Of a DNA stretch of 64,000 nt, positions 1 through 9,086 are shown in pieces; the first letter of the stretch is position 1, and each line of letters begins with the position of its first letter. Location: the IMG/VR virus record IMGVR_UViG_3300047319_001872, positions 124,001 to 188,000 of that record; one strand, 5' to 3'. The position numbers and the translations under genes are program-made. The notes beneath the pieces were generated by a model. That model was not told the DNA's origin. It did no database searches and saw only the letters and a list, made by a program, of their open reading frames with translations.

Positions 1-460
1 CAGTGTTCTCCCAGATGGAGAAGCCTGGTTCAGCGATGCTGTGCACACGCAGCGACATGGCGTCGATTTCCTGCACATACCACGGCCTTTTCAGGTCACG
101 ATCCGCACGCATCACTGCATCGAACTCAGCGAAGGGATCGGCCGAACCGTGCGGCAGGATCACCACGCGGAACTTCCAGCAATCCGGGTTGCTGACTGGC
201 AGCTCACGAATGGCGTACTGATACAGCGTCTTCAGGCTATCGCGCTCGCGCTCCGCCACGATTGCGTCCACCAGCGTCGGCATCGTCGGACGACCATGCG
301 AGAGGTTCCAGATCACAGCGGCCAGCATAACGCTGTGGTTCCAGGTGTGATACTTATTGCCAGCGGCGAAGAGCGCAGCCAGGGTAGCGTAGTCAAAGCG
401 CTGATTGCCTGACTTCAATGCCTGGAACTGCTCATACGCGCCATTGTCTTTCTTTTCCAC
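1..460 (-). CDS. hypothetical protein, 3' end truncated by window edge
   Basis: Manual translation: GTG at 460 after GAGGTG RBS, reads VEKKDNGAYEQFQALKSGNQRFDY...; no stop in the part translated (460 to ~181), appears to run off the edge. Confidence 0.6.
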   Translation of the reverse strand, partial: MEKKDNGAYEQFQALKSGNQRFDYATLAALFAAGNKYHTWNHSVMLAAVIWNLSHGRPTMPTLVDAIVAERERDSLKTLYQYAIRELPVSNPDCWKFRVVILPHGSADPFAEFDAVMRADRDLKRPWYVQEIDAMSLRVHSIAEPGFSIWENT

Positions 461-596
461 TTTTTCACCTCGTTGTAGTAGACCTGTTTAGTTACTGCTC
501 GAGGTTGTAATATATTGCCCAAACTGGTTTCATTACGGCATAAACCAGAGCACCTGCTCCGGACTACTTTCTTATCGTTTTAAGGGAAATAAAAAG

Positions 597-792
597 CGGG
601 GCAACAGACCTCGCGTATCGGTGGAGAACGAGCTTGCTGTCTGCACCCCGTGGACAAACAAAAAAGAAGGAGGGACCCTGGTCCGGTGTTGGACAGACCA
701 GCGCTGTAGCCCCTCCCCTGAGAGAACTGGTGAAGAAAAAAGTGAAGGCCAAGCGGCAGACAGGAGGAGGTGAGCCTAACCGCCCGGCCTTC
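597..792 (-). ncRNA. three tandem imperfect stem-loops, each followed by a U-tract on the minus strand (candidate sRNA cluster)
   Basis: Hairpins at ~597-650, 668-719 and 744-792, each preceded on + by an A5-A6 tract. Confidence 0.35.
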
Positions 793-875
793 GAGAGGAG
801 ACCTCTACAATTGCACAAACGAGGAACAGTCTACTACAGCACTACAGCCGCATGCAAAAGACAGCAGCCCGAAAG

Positions 876-1244
876 TTAATCGTTAACCTGCCAGTGTTTG
901 GCCGCAGCAATCACCTTCGCGGCGCGTTCTTCGACAGGCAGCTCGAGAAGACGGCGATGCGCAGCAATGTCCGCTTCGGTGTAGGGTACAATCGTTGCTT
1001 TACCATTACCCCACACGGCGCGACCGGGTGCATCCTGGCGCGCTTTGAACCAACGACCCGCGAGCACTTCGACCGGCGAGAGTTCATTGAGCTCATCGCA
1101 CGAAGTGACCAAGAACGCATTCGATCCTTCCACGCGTTTTTCATGCTGGTTCAGCGTCTCGAGCAACACCTCGGGGGACTGCTCAGCCGCTAAGGTTCCG
1201 TCTTGAAAAACCGAATGCATGAAAAGACCCATTGCCACACTCAT
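876..1244 (-). CDS. hypothetical protein
   Basis: ORF track, 122 aa, GGAGG RBS. Confidence 0.65.
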   Translation of the reverse strand: MSVAMGLFMHSVFQDGTLAAEQSPEVLLETLNQHEKRVEGSNAFLVTSCDELNELSPVEVLAGRWFKARQDAPGRAVWGNGKATIVPYTEADIAAHRRLLELPVEERAAKVIAAAKHWQVND

Positions 1245-1255
1245 TGCGTGCCTCC

Positions 1256-1588
1256 TTAGGCGAAGAATTGCACAGCCAGTAAACGAATCCGGTTAATACG
1301 CATGTTCGTGCCTGCTGCCCCCATTTTCCAGTCGGCGAGGATCTGAGGCGAGGGATGCGACTTACTGTGTTTGAGCAGACCACAGGCCAGGTACTCAATC
1401 GGAGCCAGTCCACCCAAGGTGTTCTGCGTGGAGGGCTTAGTGAGCGCTTGCCGTGCGGTGTCCGGAATACCTGGCAACGCACACAGCTCATCGAGCAGAG
1501 TATCCGGATCGCCAATATTCGCATTGGTGAGTTGCGTGAGCACTTGTGCGCTCTTACCTACAAACATCTGTTGCCAAGCCGTACCCAT
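1256..1588 (-). CDS. hypothetical protein
   Basis: ORF track, 110 aa, packed in operon. Confidence 0.6.
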   Translation of the reverse strand: MGTAWQQMFVGKSAQVLTQLTNANIGDPDTLLDELCALPGIPDTARQALTKPSTQNTLGGLAPIEYLACGLLKHSKSHPSPQILADWKMGAAGTNMRINRIRLLAVQFFA

Positions 1589-1657
1589 GATCGTGTCCTT
1601 GAAAGAGAGGATGAACTACACAAGATTTCATCCTCTCTCGGCGCGCGTTACTGCTGC

Positions 1658-2662
1658 TTAGACGACGTGCGTGCCTTCGACTTCCCGTGCAATACGGGCG
1701 CGCGTACGACGCTGCAGGGCTTCGATCGCGGCGTTGATGTGATCCAGTGCTTCCTGGTTTTCGTCACAGGCGAACTTGCCGTCCTGGAAACCTTGCAGGC
1801 GATGACCGCAGGCCGCGAGCACAGCTTCGAGCGTGACGCCGTTCTGACCGACCACCGGCACCACACCGTTCTGGAACAACAGGTGCAGCATCAGGCTTTG
1901 GCCAGCGTAGCCTTCTTCCAACACCGACGGATGCGTTTCCGCATTGAAGCCCGAGAAGACGTAGTAGTGATTCGCACCGCTGACTTCGTTGGCGTTATCG
2001 CCGACGGCGACGAGCAGCTGCGTGTCTGCACCTTCGACCAGATGTTGGGTAATCACGGCACCCTTCTGGCGACCGAGGGCGCGCGCCTGCGCTTCCTGTT
2101 CCAGCCGCACAGCAGTATCTTCCGGTGACTCACACGGGTCGCCCAGATGATCGCCTGCTGCATCCGTTTCGTAAGCGGCAGTGATGACGATGTCTTCGAG
2201 CGGCACGTCTTGATGAAAGCCCCTGCTGCCGGTCTTCACCTGACGGATCGCGTCGATCACTTCTTCACCGACGATCACCTTGCCGAATACAGCGTAGCCC
2301 CAGCCTTGCGGCGACAGCGACGAGTGATTCAGGAAGTCGTTGTCGTTCACGTTGATGAAGAATTGCGCGGTTGCCGAATGCGGGTCGTTCGTGCGAGCCA
2401 TCGCGATCGTGTACAGTTCGTTCTTCAAACCGTTTTGCGCTTCGTTCGCGATCGGTGCATCCGTTTCGCGTTGGGTCTTCATGTTGGCTTCAAAGCCGCC
2501 GCCTTGCACCATGAAGCCGTTGATCACGCGATGGAAGATCAGACCGTTGTAATGGCCCTTGTTCACGTAAGCGAGGAAATTCGCGACAGTCTTGGGGGCA
2601 CGCTCATCGTCGAGCTCGACGAGGAAGTTACCCTTGGTGGTTTCGAATAGAGCGTGTTTCAT
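1658..2662 (-). CDS. cyclophilin-type peptidyl-prolyl isomerase fused to a C-terminal Tad1-like domain
   Basis: aa1-165 has [35 protein letters not shown] (PpiA/B family); aa~203-334 has [44 protein letters not shown] (Tad1 pattern). Confidence 0.85.
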   Translation of the reverse strand: MKHALFETTKGNFLVELDDERAPKTVANFLAYVNKGHYNGLIFHRVINGFMVQGGGFEANMKTQRETDAPIANEAQNGLKNELYTIAMARTNDPHSATAQFFINVNDNDFLNHSSLSPQGWGYAVFGKVIVGEEVIDAIRQVKTGSRGFHQDVPLEDIVITAAYETDAAGDHLGDPCESPEDTAVRLEQEAQARALGRQKGAVITQHLVEGADTQLLVAVGDNANEVSGANHYYVFSGFNAETHPSVLEEGYAGQSLMLHLLFQNGVVPVVGQNGVTLEAVLAACGHRLQGFQDGKFACDENQEALDHINAAIEALQRRTRARIAREVEGTHVV

Positions 2663-2706
2663 GGCGTGGTGATATGATTGTAAGAGTAGCGTGTGGCCGA
2701 GAGGTC

Positions 2707-3468
2707 TTAAACCGGATGGTATTCGGGTGAAGCCCGATACCGCGCAGCGAGCGTGTCTGCTGCAACAGCTTGCAGGTTTTCCTGCGAGACATACTGCGGC
2801 GCTCTGAGCGCGTTCAAGCGATCGATGTCCAGATCGTAGCCAACGAGCATCACGTCGGTGAGTACAATCTGAACGAGGTCGTCCCGAATCTTCTTGCGAA
2901 TGTCGTCATCGGCCAGCGCAGGCGTATCGGGAAACTGGAATCCCCCCTCGCCGATTTGCGACGCGTAGAAACACGTGTCACCCAGGTGCAGATTCACCCG
3001 ACCGGCGACTTGCGCTTCAACCGTGATAACAATGCCCGCGGCTGTGAACGGATCGATCACGTTCAAAATCTTGCCGTTGACGTCACGCGTGTAGCGATCC
3101 AGGCGAACCGAAAGTCGGTGATCTTTCAGCTCGATCGTACGGTACGAGCCAGTAGGTCCGGGACTCAACGGCACATTGATCGGTGCACAGACGTACTGCT
3201 CGCCGATCTGTAGATAGACGTTTTCCAGCAATGCCTTGTGACCGATGTGATCCGTCATGTCGAGAAGCGCTGTCTCGAGTAGCGCTTTGGTTTCTCCCAA
3301 TGCCAGCACTGAGAACGCCGCCCCAAAGCGATACGGTGCCGTGAGGACCGCCTCGTCGTCGATCGTCGCACTGCGTTGCAGATCTGCCACAATGTAACTG
3401 GCGGCTTCCGGTCGCACGATAGGAACAATCCGTGCCCCGCGGAACCGTTTGAATTGTTGTGCTTCCAC
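2707..3468 (-). CDS. hypothetical protein
   Basis: ORF track 2707-3609; likely GTG start at 3468 after AAAGGA. Confidence 0.65.
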   Translation of the reverse strand: MEAQQFKRFRGARIVPIVRPEAASYIVADLQRSATIDDEAVLTAPYRFGAAFSVLALGETKALLETALLDMTDHIGHKALLENVYLQIGEQYVCAPINVPLSPGPTGSYRTIELKDHRLSVRLDRYTRDVNGKILNVIDPFTAAGIVITVEAQVAGRVNLHLGDTCFYASQIGEGGFQFPDTPALADDDIRKKIRDDLVQIVLTDVMLVGYDLDIDRLNALRAPQYVSQENLQAVAADTLAARYRASPEYHPV

Positions 3469-3609
3469 TTTCCGTCCTTTTCTTTTAAGTTTGTTGACGC
3501 ACTCCACAGATTGCTCTTTGATACTTCTCTGTCTTACCGTCCTTCTTTCGATTAAAGCGGTAGTCCTCAACAGGGTCGTCGACACGTGAGGGCGTGTCGT
3601 TTGGACCAA

Positions 3610-3955
3610 AGAACTTTCTGCAGGCTGCGTCCCTTACTTAGTCATCGACTTATCGTTGGCTTGCGAGTCCAACCTTACGTCACCTTTTCGTTTCAGGGTA
3701 CAACTTGCCTTGACTCCGGTAGCACCGTAAGTCTTAGCCGGACGATTTGAGTCAGCGTATCAACTTGGCGGTATCTCGCTGGTGTGTACATACCCGACGG
3801 GCAGCACACCTCCTAAAAGGATCGTGAACCTTTTGCTCTTAGGGGAGCGAGAACTCCCCTTTCGCGGGCGTTACACCCACGAATTACCAATCGTCCCTTG
3901 AGAAGGGTGTCTTAACAGATGGACGATTGATAACCGTTGCCGACTTGCACGGCTC
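3610..3955. ncRNA. ORF-poor, hairpin-dense region (candidate structured RNA or long leader)
   Basis: Inverted repeats AATCGTCC/GGACGATT, AGGGGAG/CTCCCCT, AAAAGG/CCTTTT, GGTGTG/CACACC, TGACTC/GAGTCA, GTTGG/CCAAC. Confidence 0.4.
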
Positions 3956-3968
3956 ATCAGAGAGCTTA

Positions 3969-4274
3969 CTACGCAACCCGGAAAATGGGGTTGTCTGCCT
4001 CACGCATGCGCTTCAAGAAGTCGCGATGTCCATGGCGCTTGAGTTGACCTTCCAAGAGGTCGGCCGCTTCAAAGCACTCGATCATCTTGTTTTCAATGAC
4101 CACCGCCACAGAGCCCTTACACTTCTCATCGGACTCCAACGACGTGCGCAGCTGATACGCTTCAGAGCGCGTCGTTTCAATCGCAATCCACAGTGCTTCT
4201 GAATAAGCACGTGAATATTCGATCGGTTTAAAGTTGTTGTCGTTCACGATTATCCCGTTTGATCTGAACAGCAT
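3969..4274 (-). CDS. hypothetical protein
   Basis: ORF track; ATG at 4274 with GGAAAGA RBS. Confidence 0.55.
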   Translation of the reverse strand: MLFRSNGIIVNDNNFKPIEYSRAYSEALWIAIETTRSEAYQLRTSLESDEKCKGSVAVVIENKMIECFEAADLLEGQLKRHGHRDFLKRMREADNPIFRVA

Positions 4275-4349
4275 GTCTCTTTCCAGATTATGCCGCACCT
4301 CAGTAAGTTTTCCTATTCTGTTGTTTCCTTTAATAAATCCCTGTTATTA

Positions 4350-4380
4350 CGGCATAAAGGCAGGACCGAAGCCCCGCCTT
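4350..4380 (-). terminator. genome-wide terminator family (hairpin, often with cUUCGg/cUACGg loop, + TTTATGCCG)
   Basis: Same element at ~536, 10073, 12263, 12926, 30651, 36408, 39151, 42481, 44325, 45615, 49016, 51858, 51998 and 54125, each just after a minus-strand stop or operon end. Confidence 0.8.
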
Positions 4381-4392
4381 TATTAGACGCGC

Positions 4393-4752
4393 TTAGGCGC
4401 CTGCTTGTGCTTCGCCACCTTCGGACGACGGCGTGCCGTTGGCAGCGTGCGTCGTGCCGTCGGCCGGAACCGCGTAGCCGACTGCCGTCACGAACGGACC
4501 CGTGGCCGGGGGTGCTTCGCCTGCATCGACGAAGGGAACGTTGTTCGTCGAAAACGCGCCCGACGGGGTTTGCTTCGCTTGTGCCGGATTCTCGATCGCG
4601 ACATTCACGCGCGAGCCACCGGTCAGGACCTTGACGATCGTGCAAGGCAACGGATCGATGTTGGTGACGGTAGCACCCGTGCCGTCCAGACCCAGTGCGG
4701 GCGACGTGAATTGCGGGAAGTACTGAGCGGCGGTGTTATTTGCTGCAGGCAT
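4393..4752 (-). CDS. small beta-rich (SH3-like) protein, paralog of 4810-5271
   Basis: PLPCTIVKV...VNVAIENP...NNVPF; followed by a terminator. Confidence 0.65.
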   Translation of the reverse strand: MPAANNTAAQYFPQFTSPALGLDGTGATVTNIDPLPCTIVKVLTGGSRVNVAIENPAQAKQTPSGAFSTNNVPFVDAGEAPPATGPFVTAVGYAVPADGTTHAANGTPSSEGGEAQAGA

Positions 4753-4809
4753 CGATGACTCCAGTTAAGAAAGGGAAAAGGCTACTGCATGTGTGCCGAA
4801 CCGAAAAGC

Positions 4810-5271
4810 TTAGTTCGGATCTTGCGCGACCGGGGTTTCCGGAGCCTCGACGGGCGTACCCGTCTCGTCGGCCATGATCTTGACCGGCGTGTAAGGCTGC
4901 GCGCTGTCTTCCGGGTTGGCCGGGGGATTGATCGGCGAGAGCGGCATGTTCCAGCCCGCTTTCTGATACGGCACCGTCTTGGGCGGCGGGAAGGCCGGAG
5001 CGTCGTTCGGGTCCACACAATAACCACCCACACCAGGGATGATGTTCGTGTAGGGGCGTGCCGCGTATTCGCTATCGAAGTACGGCACGTTCTTCAGCAT
5101 GTACTGGCGACCCGTGGGACCCGTGACCGTGAGGTTCACTTTGAGCGTCGGACCCACATAACGAATGGTGGCGTTCAGCGGCGTGATCGCTTCGATCGCA
5201 TTCAGGTCAGCCAGCTGGCCGCCGCGTTCCGGATAGAACTGGACCGCTTGGCCGATTGTCGGTGCACCCAT
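4810..5271 (-). CDS. small beta-rich (SH3-like) protein with Pro-rich tail
   Basis: PTIGQAVQFY...PLNATIRYV...VNLTVTGP...KNVPY. Confidence 0.65.
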   Translation of the reverse strand: MGAPTIGQAVQFYPERGGQLADLNAIEAITPLNATIRYVGPTLKVNLTVTGPTGRQYMLKNVPYFDSEYAARPYTNIIPGVGGYCVDPNDAPAFPPPKTVPYQKAGWNMPLSPINPPANPEDSAQPYTPVKIMADETGTPVEAPETPVAQDPN

Positions 5272-5372
5272 CAGATCCCCCAGAGCAGAAACGGGTTGAA
5301 CAACGCCATCGATTGGAGCATGGCGCGCTGTGTGACGCCATTCATCAGCATGGCGTACGTCATGAAAGACAT
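5271..5372 (-). CDS. 33-aa Met-rich microprotein
   Basis: MSFMTYAMLMNGVTQRAMLQSMALFNPFLLWGI; AAAAGGA RBS; TGATG stop/start overlap with next gene. Confidence 0.5.
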   Translation of the reverse strand: MSFMTYAMLMNGVTQRAMLQSMALFNPFLLWGI

Positions 5373-5384
5373 GTCAGATTCCTT

Positions 5385-5729
5385 TTATTGACCACCGCGG
5401 AACTCAGGCGGCGGCATCGGGATTTCGGAGTTTTGCTTCAGCTTCACGCCCCAGGCCGCAGCGAGTGCTTGGCCCGAGATCGCTACGCAGCCACCCGAGA
5501 AGGCGAGACTGTTAAACGAGTGATTCTTCAGCGTGTCGTAGATTGTGAGTGCGATGAAGACAAAGCCGCACAGCAGCACAAATCCGTAACCAATCAGACG
5601 GGCCGGGTCATAGTCACCGTTCCAGTTCTGGAACATGTCGCCGAAAGTCTTGGCGATCAAGGCGCGCGTTTCTTTCATCGTGAGCTTGTCACGCAGCCAT
5701 TTCAAGAAGGCCAGGAATTTGGCGCTCAT
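5385..5729 (-). CDS. two-TM membrane protein (holin-like)
   Basis: Two hydrophobic segments, basic N-terminus. Confidence 0.55.
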   Translation of the reverse strand: MSAKFLAFLKWLRDKLTMKETRALIAKTFGDMFQNWNGDYDPARLIGYGFVLLCGFVFIALTIYDTLKNHSFNSLAFSGGCVAISGQALAAAWGVKLKQNSEIPMPPPEFRGGQ

Positions 5730-5740
5730 GTTAGTTTCCT

Positions 5741-6130
5741 TTATTGATCGTCCGGCGGAAAGTCCTCTAGCGGAATCGTGACTCCTGCCAGCTTATGGGT
5801 CGAATCACCACAGTACACCAGATAGCCGCCTGTGATGAAGTAGTGGCACACCACATCCACTATTTGCTCATAATGATCGGGCTTTCGCGTGGGCAAATCG
5901 AGTCGCTCGTCAAAGCGTCGCGTATAGCGCAGCAGCAGCGACGGATGGCAGGTAAGTTGTTCGTTGAATTGACCATTCCACGTCCAGACAGGATGTGGGT
6001 GGGCTTGAAGCTGCTGTGCAACATAAACCACATGGTTCATATCGCACGCAGGACAGTAGTGAACAATTCCGATTCGATGATTCGGATCTTTCGAATCGAC
6101 CAGCCAGCGCAACTTCTTCGAGTCAGTCAT
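5741..6130 (-). CDS. DUF6527-like Cys/His metal-binding protein
   Basis: HYCPACDMNH, WTWNG, HPSLL, CHYFITGG, GDSTHKLAG. Confidence 0.6.
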   Translation of the reverse strand: MTDSKKLRWLVDSKDPNHRIGIVHYCPACDMNHVVYVAQQLQAHPHPVWTWNGQFNEQLTCHPSLLLRYTRRFDERLDLPTRKPDHYEQIVDVVCHYFITGGYLVYCGDSTHKLAGVTIPLEDFPPDDQ

Positions 6131-6232
6131 GATCCTCCGTCCATACTGCGACGCCATAAAGCCAAAAAAAAAAAGATGGGGTAAGAGGAGGCGAGTCAGA
6201 CACCCGAAGGCATCTGACTCACAGAATGAAGC

Positions 6233-6589
6233 TCACGCTGGCATGCAGCAAAGCTCCTGGCCTAAGAGGATGTGATTAAAGCGCTGGGCGACTGTGTCTT
6301 GGGCGGCATACAGCCACTGGATGCACTGCAAGCACATGTAGGCGAGTACCGCTAGAGCTGTGATCGGCAAGCCCACGAACCAGGCACCAAAGGCCAAGAA
6401 GGTGTAGACGAGCACGGCAATCACCATCTCCGTGCCGGGGATGAGATTCGCCGAGAGGAACGACTTTTGCAGCCAGAGCGTCAGCTTGCTTTGGGGGTCT
6501 TGAATCGTGAGAGAGACGAACGCCCTCACGACCCAGAACGCGACCAGCGCAACGAAGACGACCAGACCGATTGCGTATGCGATGGCCAT
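6233..6589 (-). CDS. membrane protein
   Basis: Three hydrophobic segments. Confidence 0.7.
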   Translation of the reverse strand: MAIAYAIGLVVFVALVAFWVVRAFVSLTIQDPQSKLTLWLQKSFLSANLIPGTEMVIAVLVYTFLAFGAWFVGLPITALAVLAYMCLQCIQWLYAAQDTVAQRFNHILLGQELCCMPA

Positions 6590-6597
6590 GATAAAAT

Positions 6598-6951
6598 TTA
6601 GTGAACAGTGGGGGATTGGGGGCGAGCGGCTTGCGACACAGGCGCATTCGCGTCGGCCAGGATCGCCTTCAGGTCTTTGTCAATATCCTTAATCACGGCT
6701 TGCATCATGAGGTCCAGAAAACCCATGCCGAGATCTAACGTCGCATTGATTGTCTTCTCAGCGAAGATGCGGTCTTGAGCCGTTGAGTCGTACTCGCAGG
6801 TGCCATGCACGAGCGACAGTTCACGACGATTCGCTTCGGCCTTCTTTTCGTTGGCGTAGGCCACGTTCAGGTAGATCACGTAGGCGAACATGCCCACAAG
6901 CAGCGCGCTCGGAATGATGGCGGAAAGGTTTGGGTGAATGAAGTTCAGCAT
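6598..6951 (-). CDS. single-TM membrane protein
   Basis: N-terminal hydrophobic helix. Confidence 0.65.
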   Translation of the reverse strand: MLNFIHPNLSAIIPSALLVGMFAYVIYLNVAYANEKKAEANRRELSLVHGTCEYDSTAQDRIFAEKTINATLDLGMGFLDLMMQAVIKDIDKDLKAILADANAPVSQAARPQSPTVH

Positions 6952-7048
6952 GGTAAGACTCCTGGAAAAGATTGATCAACTCATGGAAGACGCAGAGGAG
7001 CCCGAACTCCCCTGCGGGTACTACAGTGCTACAGTGCTACAGCAACCC

Positions 7049-7258
7049 TTAGGCTGCAGCGGCTTGGGCGCCATTGGCGGCGTCCTTGCCTGCGCCGTTG
7101 ACCGGCGACATCATCGAGTCGATGGTCTTCGCTGCCTTCTTCGCCGCGCTACGGCGACGCAGGGCCTGGATGCCCTTGTAGCCGCCGAAGCCGACACCGG
7201 CGCCGCCGATAACACCACCAGCGATGATTGCGATCTTGATTGCGAGTGCTTGATTCAT
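7049..7258 (-). CDS. small single-TM protein
   Basis: Gly-rich hydrophobic N-terminus, basic stretch; GGAG RBS. Confidence 0.65.
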   Translation of the reverse strand: MNQALAIKIAIIAGGVIGGAGVGFGGYKGIQALRRRSAAKKAAKTIDSMMSPVNGAGKDAANGAQAAAA

Positions 7259-7330
7259 GGTAAAGCTCCTATAACGGTTTAAAGTAACTACCTGTTGTAC
7301 TACGGGGGTGCACGCTCTTAAGCGACGTGC

Positions 7331-7417
7331 TTACTGTCGCCGAGTCATCAGCGAAAACCAGACCAGCAAAGTCAGAACCACGAAGACGGTCCACTTGCCA
7401 CTACGTTTCTTGGCCAT
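7331..7417 (-). CDS. 28-aa hydrophobic microprotein
   Basis: MAKKRSGKWTVFVVLTLLVWFSLMTRRQ; starts 2 nt after the upstream stop. Confidence 0.55.
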   Translation of the reverse strand: MAKKRSGKWTVFVVLTLLVWFSLMTRRQ

Positions 7418-7419
7418 GA

Positions 7420-7473
7420 TTACATCACAATCAAGATGTAGATAAGCGCCGCCAGAAAGAGGATCTTGCGCAT
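7420..7473 (-). CDS. 17-aa hydrophobic microprotein
   Basis: MRKILFLAALIYILIVM; AAGGAG RBS 5 nt upstream. Confidence 0.55.
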   Translation of the reverse strand: MRKILFLAALIYILIVM

Positions 7474-7482
7474 CACAACTCC

Positions 7483-7818
7483 TTAGAAGGAGAAGCTCGC
7501 GAACTTCTTGGAGGTGCTTTCCTTGAGTTCACCGAGCTTACGGTTAAGCACCATCACGGCACCGATCACGACCGTGAAACCCATCACCGCGGCGAAGATG
7601 CGATAGTCGGCGTGCACGAGCGAGATGATCGCCGCGCCCACGATACCGGCATTCAAGATCTCGCTTTCGCCTGCGGTCTTTTGTGCGTGGTGAAACATGG
7701 CGCGCACCCGCTCCACACTGGGGTTCTTCGCAGAACGGGTATGAAAGTTGTACCACACGCCCATGGCGAACGAGATCATGCCGATGATTTGCAAAACGAT
7801 GAAGAGGGTTTCGAACAT
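7483..7818 (-). CDS. membrane protein
   Basis: Three TM segments; AAGGAG RBS before ATG 7818. Confidence 0.7.
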   Translation of the reverse strand: MFETLFIVLQIIGMISFAMGVWYNFHTRSAKNPSVERVRAMFHHAQKTAGESEILNAGIVGAAIISLVHADYRIFAAVMGFTVVIGAVMVLNRKLGELKESTSKKFASFSF

Positions 7819-7874
7819 GACGTTCTCCTTTAAGCGAAGTGGAATGAAGGGCGGCTCATAACTGCCCTGATCGT

Positions 7875-8252
7875 TTACTGCGCGAAATCTTCCCCTTTGG
7901 GCCAATGCCAGGCTGGGGGGTCATTCGGTTGATGGTCGACATCGCGCTCCGCAATATCGATCCAGTTCTGAATCGTCACGTAGGAGACGAGACAGCACAC
8001 CAGTGCCAGTCCCAGGAAGATCGCAAGCAGATGCAGCTCGACGTACACGGCGCCCGCGAAGAGCACCGTGAGCAACAGCGTCGTAAGCACCGAAGGACGC
8101 CGCGTCACGTTGTAGTCCTCCAGGTTCTTCTGTGCGCTGGCGCGACGATTGGCGATTTCATCATTCGTCAACTCGTCTTCGGACTTGATCAAGCCCAGCC
8201 ACGTAGCGACACGCACCACCACCTTTTTCAAGGCACGGAAAATATGCTTCAT
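7875..8252 (-). CDS. membrane protein
   Basis: Two TM segments. Confidence 0.7.
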   Translation of the reverse strand: MKHIFRALKKVVVRVATWLGLIKSEDELTNDEIANRRASAQKNLEDYNVTRRPSVLTTLLLTVLFAGAVYVELHLLAIFLGLALVCCLVSYVTIQNWIDIAERDVDHQPNDPPAWHWPKGEDFAQ

Positions 8253-8279
8253 GATAACCCTCCTTAGGGTCGAGTGAAA

Positions 8280-8657
8280 TTAGGCAAATGCTGCTTCAGC
8301 CACGAGATCCATCGGCACGTCGTTCTTGCGAGCGATATGCATCGTGATGGATTGCTCGATGGCACGAGCCAGTGCTCCTGCAGCAAAGACGCCGATGGCC
8401 GACGCCGTGAAAGCCCAGCCCGCTGCGAGAACCAGGCCCATCGTCACGTACAGAATCGCTGCCCGCATAAACGCCGGGGAGAACTTACGACCACGCAACT
8501 GCTCGCGATCCATCTTGACATTCGCCGCCGCGATTTCCACCACTTGCTTGTGAATCGGTGCCTTCTTGAACTTATCAAGACCTTCGATCGTGCTCCAGGC
8601 GAGGATCACGGCGAGGATAACGAAGACAACAACGTAATAGACGACGAGTGCAACCAT
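8280..8657 (-). CDS. membrane protein
   Basis: N-terminal TM plus TM hairpin; AGGAG RBS. Confidence 0.7.
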   Translation of the reverse strand: MVALVVYYVVVFVILAVILAWSTIEGLDKFKKAPIHKQVVEIAAANVKMDREQLRGRKFSPAFMRAAILYVTMGLVLAAGWAFTASAIGVFAAGALARAIEQSITMHIARKNDVPMDLVAEAAFA

Positions 8658-8691
8658 GATAATCTCCTAGACCGGCGAAAAGGTGAATGAG

Positions 8692-9057
8692 TTAGTACGC
8701 GTACACGCCTGCTTGTTCCAGGGTGTCGTGGTGACGTGCGACACGATGCATCAGCAGCTTCGAGATAAGGTGCGAAGCAGCGTCGCCTGCGTACCAGATG
8801 CACAGGACGGCTGCACCATAGAAGCCAACCAGACCCAGGAACACGCCGAACACAAAGAAGAACGACACGAAACCCAGATCGAAGTCGATCGAACCCGCTA
8901 CCGAGAGACGTTCTTTGGTGCGCTCGATGTCACGGGCTTGATCAGCCGCGTCTTTCTTCAAGAACTTCTTGTAGGCGCCGATCGCGCCGCGCGCTTTGAT
9001 AGCGCCGATGATCAGGATAGCGAGGGCGAGGATAGCCACGAAGAGAGCGACGGACAT
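8692..9057 (-). CDS. membrane protein
   Basis: N-terminal TM plus TM hairpin. Confidence 0.7.
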   Translation of the reverse strand: MSVALFVAILALAILIIGAIKARGAIGAYKKFLKKDAADQARDIERTKERLSVAGSIDFDLGFVSFFFVFGVFLGLVGFYGAAVLCIWYAGDAASHLISKLLMHRVARHHDTLEQAGVYAY

Positions 9058-9086
9058 GAGAGGTTCCTTGTAATCAGTAATGGGGG

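Noticed and set aside
564-879. ORFs 564-818 (-) and 634-879 (+)
   Set aside because: Atypical composition dictated by hairpins and A/T tracts; no clear RBS
3925-3960. Hammerhead ribozyme (minus-strand CTGATGAG + stem)
   Set aside because: Stem is followed by AACG rather than the required GAAA, and I could not form stem I with a cleavage triplet
7020-7043. CTACAGTG x3 micro-repeat (similar CTACAGC x2 at ~834-848)
   Set aside because: Too short and too few copies to distinguish from chance slippage
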